A stretch of 54,064 nucleotides of DNA from Polyangiaceae bacterium (lineage in GTDB: Bacteria > Myxococcota_A > Polyangia > Polyangiales > Polyangiaceae). This document shows positions 28,631 to 37,341 of this stretch, piece by piece (the first letter of the stretch is position 1; every line of letters begins with the position of its first letter). The stretch spans positions 1 through 54,064 of the forward strand of contig JBGANF010000045.1 in the NCBI GenBank assembly GCA_044222475.1, written 5' to 3'. The notes beneath the pieces were generated by a model. It saw only the letters and a list, made by a program, of their open reading frames with translations. It was not told where the DNA came from and ran no database searches. The position numbers and the translations under genes were made by a program.

Positions 28631-29641
28631 ATGCCGATCAAGCGATTTGCGATCCTCGTGATTTGCGCCTTCGCGCTCCTCTTCTCGTCGGCCGCGGCCG
28701 CGGCCGACGCACCCGTCGACCCCGACGTCCAACGCGCTCGCGATCTCTTCAAGGAAGGAACCGAGCTCGCGAAGAAGACCGAGTGGGCCGAAGCCCTGCA
28801 CTCCTTCGAGAGCTCCGCGGCGCTCCGGCGCCACGCGATCACCACGTACAACATCGGCGTCTGCCAGCGCGCGCTCGGCCAGTACACGAAGGCTCGCGCC
28901 GCCCTGCAGCAGTCGCTCGACGAGAGCGCGGCTCACTCGGGTGAGCTCCCACCGAGTCTCGCTGCGGAGGCGAAGGGCTACATCACGGAGATCGACGGGC
29001 TCCTCGTCCACGTCGACGTGACCGTCAAGCCAGCCGACGCCAAGATCGCCGTCGACGGCCGCCCCCTGCAAGCGGAAGGATCGACGAGCCCGCCGACGAT
29101 GGTCGCCGGGCTCGCCGCCCCGGGCGCAGCCGCGGTCCTCCCGACGGACCACGTCACCGTCGTGATCGCCCCCGGCACGCACCTCTTCACGATGGTGCGC
29201 ACCGGCTTCGCCGACGTCGTCATCAACAAGACGTTCCGTCCAGGCGAGAAGACCGTGCTCGCGCTCTCCGCCGATGCGCTGCCCGCGACGATCCACGTGT
29301 CGTCGAACACCGAAGGCTCGGCCGTGTCGCTCGACGGTCTCGACATCGGCATCGCACCGGTCGAGGTGACGAGGCCGAGCGGCACCTACTCGCTCCTCGT
29401 CCGCCGCGAGGGCTACGTCGAGTACAAGTCCCAGATCAAAGCGGAGCCAGGTGGCGCGCTGAAGCTCAGCGCCGAGCTCACGCCGGTGACGACGCCCATC
29501 ACGAAGCGCTGGTGGTTCTGGGCGGGCGCCGGTGCGATCGTGGTGACGGCGGTGCTCGTGACCTTCTTCGCGACGAGACCCGCGGCGGAACGGCCTCCGG
29601 TCGACGGCGGCGGTCTCGGGTGGGCTCTTCAGGTCCCGTGA
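28631..29641 (+). CDS. TPR + PEGA domain protein
   Basis: Signal peptide; ARDLFKEG..WAEAL..F..S...TYNIGVCQRALGQY TPR; two PEGA-like domains; KRWWFW TM segment. Confidence 0.85.
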   Translation: MPIKRFAILVICAFALLFSSAAAAADAPVDPDVQRARDLFKEGTELAKKTEWAEALHSFESSAALRRHAITTYNIGVCQRALGQYTKARAALQQSLDESAAHSGELPPSLAAEAKGYITEIDGLLVHVDVTVKPADAKIAVDGRPLQAEGSTSPPTMVAGLAAPGAAAVLPTDHVTVVIAPGTHLFTMVRTGFADVVINKTFRPGEKTVLALSADALPATIHVSSNTEGSAVSLDGLDIGIAPVEVTRPSGTYSLLVRREGYVEYKSQIKAEPGGALKLSAELTPVTTPITKRWWFWAGAGAIVVTAVLVTFFATRPAAERPPVDGGGLGWALQVP

Positions 29642-31227
29642 TGATCCTTCGGGGGAACAAGGGCCTCGCGCTCCAGCTCTCGCTCATCGCGGTCGTGTGC
29701 AGCGCGGTCCTGTGGATGGCGTGCAGCAGCACGCCGGATCTCGTCAGCGCCGACGCTGGCCTCGACGCGCCGCTGTTCGAGACCGCGCCGCCGCCTGACG
29801 CGGCGGGCACGGCGAGCCCGTGCGACCTTGGCGACGGCGGCGTGGCGCCCACTGGCAAGCATCTGGTCACCTCGCCGAGCGTCAGGGTCCTCAAGGTCAC
29901 TACCGATGGGTATGCCATCTATCAGGACCGCAAACTCGGCACGGTCTACGCCATCTCGCTGGCGGGCGGAGTTCCAGAGCAGATCGGTCCGTCCTGGGAT
30001 GGCAGCTCCACCGTCATCTCGATCGTGGGCAGCGTGGTCTATTATTGGACCGGCGTGGATTTCAACAAGTCCCCGCTCGTCGGCCAACTCATCGTGTGGA
30101 CCGCGACCGGCCACGCGCGAATCCTCTCGCCTTCGTCCATCGCGGGCGACGTGGGCGTGAGCGACGACGGCAAGCTCATCGCCTACTCCGACGGCGTGGT
30201 GGCCTCGTTCCCGCCGCCGGATGCGGGCAACGTCGCCGGCACCGCACTCACCGACTTCGTCGTCTCCGCGCCCGATGGCACCGGCAAGATCACGCTGGCG
30301 ACGAAGGTGCAGTGGAGCGAGGACTGCCCACCCAACATCGACTTCGCGGGCACTCGCGTCGTCACCACGTCATGCGCCACGATCAATCCGCCGATGCCCG
30401 CCGCGGTGTTGCGCGCATACACGGGTCCGACGTTCCCCTCGGCGGTGGTCCTCAACCAACCGACGTGGACCCAGTTCGGGCACGACTCGACCCACGTCAT
30501 CTATTTCACCACCCCGAGCTTCATTCTCAACGTCCAGACCTTCGGTTCCGGTCCGATTCCGCTGATGGGCAACGTCGGCAACGCGCAGCTCTCCAGCGAC
30601 GGCGCGTTCATCGTCCTGCGCAACACCAACGGCACGATCTATCGGTCGCCGACGAACAACCCATCGATCTCCGTCATCGCCTCCGGGTTCGACAACCTGG
30701 TGACGGTCTCGCCGGACGACAAGTGGATCCTCGCGTCGAAGACCACCGATCCGAAGCTGGGCCTCGGCGACCTCTTCATCGTCTCGACCGCGCCGAACAG
30801 CACCGCGACGGCGATCGTTCCGACGCCCACGGCGGGCTTCTTCAAGGACTTCTTCACGAAGGACAACGCCCGCGCGTTCTTCGGAGCGAACAACAAGAAA
30901 GCGCCGGTGGGTTTCTACGGGGACCTCAACTCCGTTCCCGTCTCCGCACCGGCATCGCCGCCGCTCACCATCTCCGGCACGGCGTGGGACGGATATGCGC
31001 TCAAAGGCTCCACCATCATCTTCGACGACGGCTACGACCTGGCATTCGCTTCGCTCCCCGTCGCAGACATCCAGGTCGTCGACCTCGCGAACCCCACGAA
31101 GAAGACCAAGCTCGTCTCCAAGGCGGACGCCGACTTCTTCGTCGACGCCGACCGAACCAAGGCCATCTACACGTGGACGTATTGCTCCGACGCGCGCGCG
31201 GGTCTCTACGTCGTCGACCTGCCCTGA
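29641..31227 (+). CDS. Beta-propeller-like lipoprotein
   Basis: LWMA-C lipobox; VSDDGKLI, LSSDGAFI, VSPDDKWI repeats; coupled to the upstream stop. Confidence 0.72.
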   Translation: MILRGNKGLALQLSLIAVVCSAVLWMACSSTPDLVSADAGLDAPLFETAPPPDAAGTASPCDLGDGGVAPTGKHLVTSPSVRVLKVTTDGYAIYQDRKLGTVYAISLAGGVPEQIGPSWDGSSTVISIVGSVVYYWTGVDFNKSPLVGQLIVWTATGHARILSPSSIAGDVGVSDDGKLIAYSDGVVASFPPPDAGNVAGTALTDFVVSAPDGTGKITLATKVQWSEDCPPNIDFAGTRVVTTSCATINPPMPAAVLRAYTGPTFPSAVVLNQPTWTQFGHDSTHVIYFTTPSFILNVQTFGSGPIPLMGNVGNAQLSSDGAFIVLRNTNGTIYRSPTNNPSISVIASGFDNLVTVSPDDKWILASKTTDPKLGLGDLFIVSTAPNSTATAIVPTPTAGFFKDFFTKDNARAFFGANNKKAPVGFYGDLNSVPVSAPASPPLTISGTAWDGYALKGSTIIFDDGYDLAFASLPVADIQVVDLANPTKKTKLVSKADADFFVDADRTKAIYTWTYCSDARAGLYVVDLP

Positions 31228-31243
31228 GCGAACGGACCAGACC

Positions 31244-32686
31244 ATGCTCGCCCGCCCCCTCGCAGCCCTCTCGATCGTCGCCGCGCTCGGCGTGACCGCG
31301 GCGTGCTCCAACACGCTCGATCCATATCCTTCGGTCGTCTTCGTCGTCGACACCGACATGGCCGTTCCGCGCTTCGTCGATCACGTTCGCGTGGATACGT
31401 TCTCGGCGGACGGGACGTGGATCGACTCGCACGACTACGCGATCTTGAACGCTCGTGACTGGCCGGTCAGCTTCGGCATCTACTCCACCGACGAGTCGAA
31501 GGAGCGCACGATCTACGTGCGTCTCCGCGGCTACACCGGCACTCGCACGCGCGACTACCACGGCGAACGCTACCTCGACTCCACCGGCGTCCGGCCCGGC
31601 CCGATCCCCGCCGCGAAGGACCAACTCCCGCGCCTCATCGTCGGCGGAAAAGACGTCACTCCGCCCGAGGAGCCCGATCCCACGACCACGATCGATCGCT
31701 TGGTCGAGGTCGTACTCCGCCCCGGTAAGACCGGAGCGATCAACGTGCTTCTCAGCGGGGAGTGCATGGCGACGATGACGCGCATGAGCGCGGCCGGTTC
31801 GTACGCGGCGTTCGTCCCGTCCCAAGCTGGTACATGCATCGACACCAGCAACGTGCGAGTCGCCATGGTCGAGTCGCCGCTCGCCGAGCGGAACACCGGA
31901 CCGACGCGCCAAGGCACCTGGCATCCGACGACGACATGCACCGCCAACGTCCCCGGTACGACGTGCATCCCGGGTGGAGCGTTCTTCATGGGCGGTCCCC
32001 ACGCGCTCGGGTGGGATTTCCCGTCGACGCCGGCGCGCGCCGCCGGCATCAGCCCGTTCCGCATCGACACGAACGAAGTGACCGTCGGCCAATGGCGCGC
32101 CGCCAACGTCGTCTCGCCCGACTCGACCCCGTGGCCGTACGAGGCCGCGTTCCCGACCACACCCGTTGCGGACTTCGTCGGGTGCACGTACTCGAAGGCG
32201 CCCCTTCAGGTCGGCGGTCGCGAGAACTAGGCGCAGTGGGAGTACGTCGCGGCCGCGGTCGGGCGCCCGACCGAGACTGCGTATCCATGGGGCGGCAGCG
32301 ACTATCCCGACTGCGCAAAGACCGTTCACTCACGCGGCTACGGAGGTTCGTCCGGCCGATCGGGCTGCAACACTTCGGGCTTCGGCCCCCAGCCGGTCAC
32401 CACGGCGAGCAACCCTGGACAAGACCTGAACCCCCTCGGGGTCGCCAACCTCGCCGGGAGCGTCGCAGAGTGGATGCTCGACACCGCGGCTTTGTACGAC
32501 TCTCCGTGTTGGCTCAGCGCCGGCACCACCGACCCGAAATGCTCGGTCGAAGGCGATCCGCACGTCGTGCGCGGTTCGTACTGGGACAACGAGCAATCGG
32601 TCGTGAGCAATCGCTACGCTCCACCGTACTTGGGATACTACTCCTCCAGCCTCGGCTTCCGCTGCGCGTACCCGGTGACGCCATGA
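31244..32686 (+). pseudogene. FGE-sulfatase (SUMF1/EgtB/PvdO, CLec-fold) lipoprotein interrupted by an in-frame TAG at 32228-32230
   Basis: TAA-C lipobox; CIPGGAFFMG, FRIDTNEVTV; after the TAG the same frame continues AQWEYVA..YPWG..NLAGSVAEW..RGSYW..LGFRC. Confidence 0.85.
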
Positions 32687-33960
32687 AGCGCGCGGTCCCC
32701 CTTCTCGGTCTCGCGGTCTACGCGCTCGCGGTAGCGTGCGGCGGTGGAACGCTCCCGCCCGCGGGGCAGCTCGTCGTCCACATCGCCACCGACGCCCCGC
32801 TGCCCGCTGCTCCGGGCGAGCCGGCGCCCGCCATCCCACCGCTCTTCGACCGCATCCGCGTGTCGGTGTACGAACCGGGTGCGATTCAATCCGCGTCGCC
32901 AGCGCCGTGCGTCGGCTGCGTGGGTGACTTCGCCGTCGACTCGACGAAGATGGCCAAAGGCGAGGTCTCGTTCGGCGTCGTCCTCCGCACGGAGACTCCG
33001 GGCTACGTCGCGCGCCTCGACATGTTCCGAACCGTGGCCACGTCGCTCGGCGATCCCATCCCGCGCGCGACGGTCACGAAATACATCGCGCTGCCGCCCA
33101 TCGCGACCGACGGAGTGATCCACGTCGGTGCGTTCCTGAACGTGGACGACGTCGGGAAGCCCGTGGGCTCGCTCAAGGCTCCGGTTCCCCCGCTGACGTC
33201 GGCTCCTCCCTACGGGAAAGTGGGCACGTGGCCTGGAGCGACCCGCGTCCCCTGCAACGGTCAGCAGGTCACCGTGTCGGCCTTCCGGTCGTCGGCGCTG
33301 GCGATCATCGATCCAAAATTCAAGGTCGCCACCGATCCGCTCGATGGCAGCATCGGCTGGTCGCTCTACGACCTCGCATACTGGTGCACGTACACGACCG
33401 ACGTCGCGAAGAACGAGCAGCTCGCGGTGAACTGCGTCTCGTGGGCGAAAGCCGAGGAGTTCTGCAAGACGCGGGGGGCCGACCTCCCAACGGAGGCGCA
33501 GTTCGAGTACGTGGCTACGGGGCTCGCCTCGAATCTCTACATTTGGGGCAACGATCCGCCGACGTGTGCAGACACGGTCATCACCCGTGGCGGCGTCGGC
33601 GCGTTCGGCTCGAGCGGAAATGACTGCAACCTCAACGGCCGCAATGGCGGCGTCGCCGCGCCTGGAAACGGTGTCCGTGATCGACTCCAGCTCGGCGGCG
33701 TGACGATCGTGGATCTCGTCGGCAACGTGAGCGAGTGGACCATCGACAAGTGGCAGCGCACCACCGAGCCCTGCTGGGACTCACCCCTCCTCTTCAACCC
33801 GAAATGCGCGACCGTCAGCCCGATCGACGGCGACATCCAGGTGATCCGCGGCGGCTCTTGGCCCGTCACCAAAGGCGAGGCGCAGTCGGCGCAGCGCAAC
33901 CCCAAGGCCGGGCTCGCGCGCCCGCAGACTGGCTTCCGCTGCGCTCGGCCCGCCAACTGA
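32683..33960 (+). CDS. FGE-sulfatase domain lipoprotein (apparent internal deletion)
   Basis: LAVA-C; NCVSW..FC..LPTEAQFEY, YIWG, DLVGNVSEW, RGGSW, GFRCARP; ATGA overlap with the upstream gene. Confidence 0.85.
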   Translation: MKRAVPLLGLAVYALAVACGGGTLPPAGQLVVHIATDAPLPAAPGEPAPAIPPLFDRIRVSVYEPGAIQSASPAPCVGCVGDFAVDSTKMAKGEVSFGVVLRTETPGYVARLDMFRTVATSLGDPIPRATVTKYIALPPIATDGVIHVGAFLNVDDVGKPVGSLKAPVPPLTSAPPYGKVGTWPGATRVPCNGQQVTVSAFRSSALAIIDPKFKVATDPLDGSIGWSLYDLAYWCTYTTDVAKNEQLAVNCVSWAKAEEFCKTRGADLPTEAQFEYVATGLASNLYIWGNDPPTCADTVITRGGVGAFGSSGNDCNLNGRNGGVAAPGNGVRDRLQLGGVTIVDLVGNVSEWTIDKWQRTTEPCWDSPLLFNPKCATVSPIDGDIQVIRGGSWPVTKGEAQSAQRNPKAGLARPQTGFRCARPAN

Positions 33961-35918
33961 ACGTCGCCCGTCGACTCGCGCTCGCCCTCCTCGGGGGAAT
34001 GCTCGTCGGGTGCCCGAAGCACGAGGCCACGCCGTCGGACGCGGCCGCGGTGGTGGTCGCCGCGGAGGCCGGCGCCGACGCCGACGTCGTCACGCACGCC
34101 TCCGAGGCGTACGAAGCGGGCGCCCCCGTGTTGAGCGGCGGCACGGTCGACGGCAACGCCCTCCGCACGCGCCACCGCGCGCGGCTCGCCGCCGATCACG
34201 CGCCGGTCGCGGTGCTCACCGGCGGCACCGCCGAAGAGCTGGGTCGCCGCATCTGCGAAGCCAAGGTGCCAGCGCGACCGAAGGACACGCCGATCCTCCT
34301 CAAGCCCAACATCGGCGGCTTCGATTGGTTCAAGCCGAGCGGCGACGGCTCCCCGCGAGGCGATGACGGCGTGAAGGGCCGCATCACCGATCCCGAGTTC
34401 GTACGCGGCGTCATCAAGTGCCTCAAGGCGCGCGGCCACACGAAGATCACCGTCGCCGAAGGTTGGGGCGCGACCCACAAGGATTGGGAGAAGCTGATCT
34501 CGGTCTCCGGCTATGCCGCGATGACGAAGGAAGAGGGCGTGCCCCTCGTCGCGATGGACGACGACGGCGTGTTCGACGTCGAGGGCGACCAGCCGGGCAA
34601 ACCGCTGGCGGTGAGCGGCATGGAGAAGACCGGCGTGCCCACGCTGATGTCGCCGAAGATCCTCGCCGAGACGCTCGACCACGGGATGTTCATCTCGCTC
34701 CCGAAGATCAAGGCGCACCGCTTCGCGGTGTTCTCGCTGGGCATCAAGGGGACGCAGGGCACGATCGATCTATCGGACGCCGCGCCCGCGTTTCGGCAGA
34801 AGTGGCGCATGCACCGCGAGCTCAACCCGTGGCTCGAGGCGAAGAAGAAGGGCCTCCCCGAAGATCGCGCCGCCTACGTGAAGGCGCTCGAGATCTTCGG
34901 CGAGCGAATCGCCGACGTGCTCGAGATCAACACGCCCGACGTCGTGCTCGCCGAAGGCGCGCCGGCGATGGGCGGGGACGGATTCCAGAAGCTCGTCCCG
35001 TCGGCCGAGTCGTTCGCGGTCGGCGGCACCAACGTGGTCCTGGTCGACCGCATCGCGGCCGAGCTGCTCGGGTTCTGGAACAACGCCGACCTCGCGAAGG
35101 AGCTCGGCGGCCACTCCACGTCGCCTCTGCTCGAAGCGGCAGCGCGTCGCTTCGGGGTCGACATCGCTTCGCCCGCGGTCGAAGGCGACGGCAAGGGGCT
35201 CCTCGCGACGCCGCGACGCGTCGACTTCGACGCGATGGCGCATTTCTCGATCCATACCGGTGGCGCCGCGCCGACGCCACCGACGCACGAAGCGCACGCC
35301 GCAGCGCTGGGCAGCGACGCGATCGCGATCGACGGCGACGGCGCCGACGCCGCGTGGTCCCGCGCGACGCCGGTGACGTGGGACACCGACTGGTCGGGGA
35401 AGAAGACGAGCATCGTCACCCACGCGCGGGTCGTCTGGGCGAAAGATGCGCTCTACATGCTCTTCGAAAACGACGGCGCGGGGCTGAACGCCGATCCGAC
35501 GCCGCCGAAGAACGTCGACCGTCCGAAGCTGTACGGCGAAGACTGCGTCGAGCTCTTCGTCGGCCCCGACGCGAAGGAGCCGCGGCGCTACTACGAGATC
35601 GAGCTCGGACCGCTCGGCCACTTCTTGGACCTGTCGGTCGACCGCACGGCGACGCCGGCCAAGGCGGACGTCGCGTGGTCGAGCGGGGTGATCGTCGCGA
35701 CGAAGACGGACGCGGTCGCGCGCACGTCGGTCATCGAGGCGAAGGTCCCGGCGAAGGAGATCGCCGCTGCGCTCGTGCCGGGCACGCGCCTTCCGTTCGC
35801 GCTCTACCGCATGGAGGGCAAGGGCACGCGCAGCTACCTCGCGTGGAGCCCGACGCGAACGCCGAAGCCTGATTTCCACGTTCCGAGCGCGTTCGGGGTG
35901 CTCGCCATCGACCCGTAG
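33957..35918 (+). CDS. Exported DUF362 + CBM9-like fusion lipoprotein (start uncertain: CTG 33957 or ATG 33999)
   Basis: MLVG-C lipobox; LLKPNI, TDPEFV..VAEG, ISLPKIKAH..SLGIK (DUF362); C-terminal IDGD..W, EDCVELFV, YYEIELGPLG, WSPT..PDFHVP..FG (CBM9-like). Confidence 0.78.
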   Translation: MNVARRLALALLGGMLVGCPKHEATPSDAAAVVVAAEAGADADVVTHASEAYEAGAPVLSGGTVDGNALRTRHRARLAADHAPVAVLTGGTAEELGRRICEAKVPARPKDTPILLKPNIGGFDWFKPSGDGSPRGDDGVKGRITDPEFVRGVIKCLKARGHTKITVAEGWGATHKDWEKLISVSGYAAMTKEEGVPLVAMDDDGVFDVEGDQPGKPLAVSGMEKTGVPTLMSPKILAETLDHGMFISLPKIKAHRFAVFSLGIKGTQGTIDLSDAAPAFRQKWRMHRELNPWLEAKKKGLPEDRAAYVKALEIFGERIADVLEINTPDVVLAEGAPAMGGDGFQKLVPSAESFAVGGTNVVLVDRIAAELLGFWNNADLAKELGGHSTSPLLEAAARRFGVDIASPAVEGDGKGLLATPRRVDFDAMAHFSIHTGGAAPTPPTHEAHAAALGSDAIAIDGDGADAAWSRATPVTWDTDWSGKKTSIVTHARVVWAKDALYMLFENDGAGLNADPTPPKNVDRPKLYGEDCVELFVGPDAKEPRRYYEIELGPLGHFLDLSVDRTATPAKADVAWSSGVIVATKTDAVARTSVIEAKVPAKEIAAALVPGTRLPFALYRMEGKGTRSYLAWSPTRTPKPDFHVPSAFGVLAIDP

Positions 35919-35927
35919 ACTCACCCT

Positions 35928-36395
35928 TCAGGTGAAGATGATCTGCGCGCCTTCGGCGAGATCGTAGAAGTCGCCTGCGGTGATGACGTCCTTCACCACT
36001 GGAAGGAGGTCCTCCTTCGTGCGCTTGAACATCTTCATCGCGAGCTCGCAGCCATAGAGCTCGGCCCCCGACTCGTCGAGGATCTGGAGCATCTCGCGGA
36101 CCGACGGGAGATCGAGCTCGGTCATCTGCTTCTTCATCATCGATGCGGCGAGCGTCTCCATCCCCGGGAGGCCTCCGAGGATCGTCGGCATCCCCGAGGC
36201 CGCGTTGCCCGCGAGGTTGACGTGGAGATGGTCGACCTTGGTCGTCGTGATGACGTCGAGACCCCAGAAGGTGAAGAACACGAACGCCTCGATTCCCGAC
36301 TGGCGCGCGGCGTTTGCCAGGATGAGGGCGGGATAGGCCTCATCGAGGCCACCGTGAGAGCAGATGATCGCGACTTTTCGTTTTCCGGTTTCCAT
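35928..36395 (-). CDS. DsrE/DsrF/DrsH-like (DsrE2-type) sulfurtransferase
   Basis: AYPALILANAA, FFTFWGLD, YGCELAM (conserved Cys); GAGGAG RBS. Confidence 0.88.
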   Translation of the reverse strand: METGKRKVAIICSHGGLDEAYPALILANAARQSGIEAFVFFTFWGLDVITTTKVDHLHVNLAGNAASGMPTILGGLPGMETLAASMMKKQMTELDLPSVREMLQILDESGAELYGCELAMKMFKRTKEDLLPVVKDVITAGDFYDLAEGAQIIFT

Positions 36396-36406
36396 GACGT
36401 CTCTCC

Positions 36407-37339
36407 TCAGATGCAGCCTGCGGGTTTCGGAATCCCCGCGATCTTGGCGACCGTGCGCGCCGGCGCTTTGGGGAACAGCGCGTAGAGATCCTTCGTCGCC
36501 AGGTTGGTCCCCTGGCTGAGCTTGCGGATGTTGGCCGAGACGGTGGTGCGCTCCCACTCGGTGCGCGCGTACTGGACGACGGCCCATCGCGGAGCGTCGA
36601 GCTCCACCCCCTGGATCGCCGCGATCTTCACCGCGAGGTCGCGAGTCCACGTCTTCGGATCCACGAGGTGACCATCGGCTCCGAAGGCGACGCCGTCGAT
36701 GACGGCGGACTGCACCTGCGGCTTCGCCGCCGCGGCGCGAGGTGCCGGCTCGCGCTCGACGCCGAGCGCCTTCTTCTTTCGGGCTCCGAGCACGTTGGCG
36801 AGCTTCGCCTTCTGAAGCTCCTTCGGATCGGCCTTGCGTTGCTCGCGGACGGCCTGAGCGGCGCGACCCACGTGCCGCATCACCTGCATCATCACCGCCA
36901 TCCCCTTCTGGACATCGTCGTCGCTCGTCGCGCGAACCATCCCGATGAGCCCGATCGGCTCGGCGGCGTCGGCGTTCTCGATGACCGCAGCGGCGTCGCC
37001 CGCGATCTCGAGCATCTTGGGTTGGGTCATCGCGCGGACGGTCTGCAGGATCCCGACGAGCGCATCGCCGAGCTTCCGTACGTCGTCGGCTTCGAAGCCG
37101 CTCACGACGCGATCGCCGAGGCCGAGCAGCTCTCTCCCGAAAGCGAAGTAGCCCTTCTTGTCCAGCTCGTCGAGCTTGGTGGTCGCCGTCCCCATCACCT
37201 CGCGCAGAATCGGCGTCATCTCGGTGAAGAGCTCTTCGGTCTTCTTCTGCCGCTCGACGAGGTACCCGAGGCGCGCGTCGATCGAGTCGAGGCGCGCCAT
37301 CACGTGTTGAAGCTCGGTCTTGTTCGAGTTGGTATCCAT
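36407..37339 (-). CDS. DUF1641 + TusE/DsrC-family sulfur carrier fusion
   Basis: N-half: LDELDKKGYF, IGLIGMVRATSDDDVQKGM (DUF1641-like); C-half: DGHLVDPKTW, KDLYALFP, KIAGIPKPAGCI. Confidence 0.85.
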   Translation of the reverse strand: MDTNSNKTELQHVMARLDSIDARLGYLVERQKKTEELFTEMTPILREVMGTATTKLDELDKKGYFAFGRELLGLGDRVVSGFEADDVRKLGDALVGILQTVRAMTQPKMLEIAGDAAAVIENADAAEPIGLIGMVRATSDDDVQKGMAVMMQVMRHVGRAAQAVREQRKADPKELQKAKLANVLGARKKKALGVEREPAPRAAAAKPQVQSAVIDGVAFGADGHLVDPKTWTRDLAVKIAAIQGVELDAPRWAVVQYARTEWERTTVSANIRKLSQGTNLATKDLYALFPKAPARTVAKIAGIPKPAGCI

Positions 37340-37341
37340 GA

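Noticed and set aside
32228..32230. Programmed amber readthrough or pyrrolysine
   Set aside because: No pyl genes seen, TAG is used as a normal stop elsewhere in the window, and a conserved block is missing at the same point, which favours a deletion
31244..33960. Diversity-generating retroelement targeting the CLec/FGE domains
   Set aside because: No reverse transcriptase and no template repeat differing at adenines from either C-terminal region in this window; a remote DGR cannot be excluded
36407..37339. Dissimilatory sulfite reduction (true dsrC)
   Set aside because: Only the terminal Cys is present, the second conserved Cys is absent, and there is no dsrAB/MK nearby
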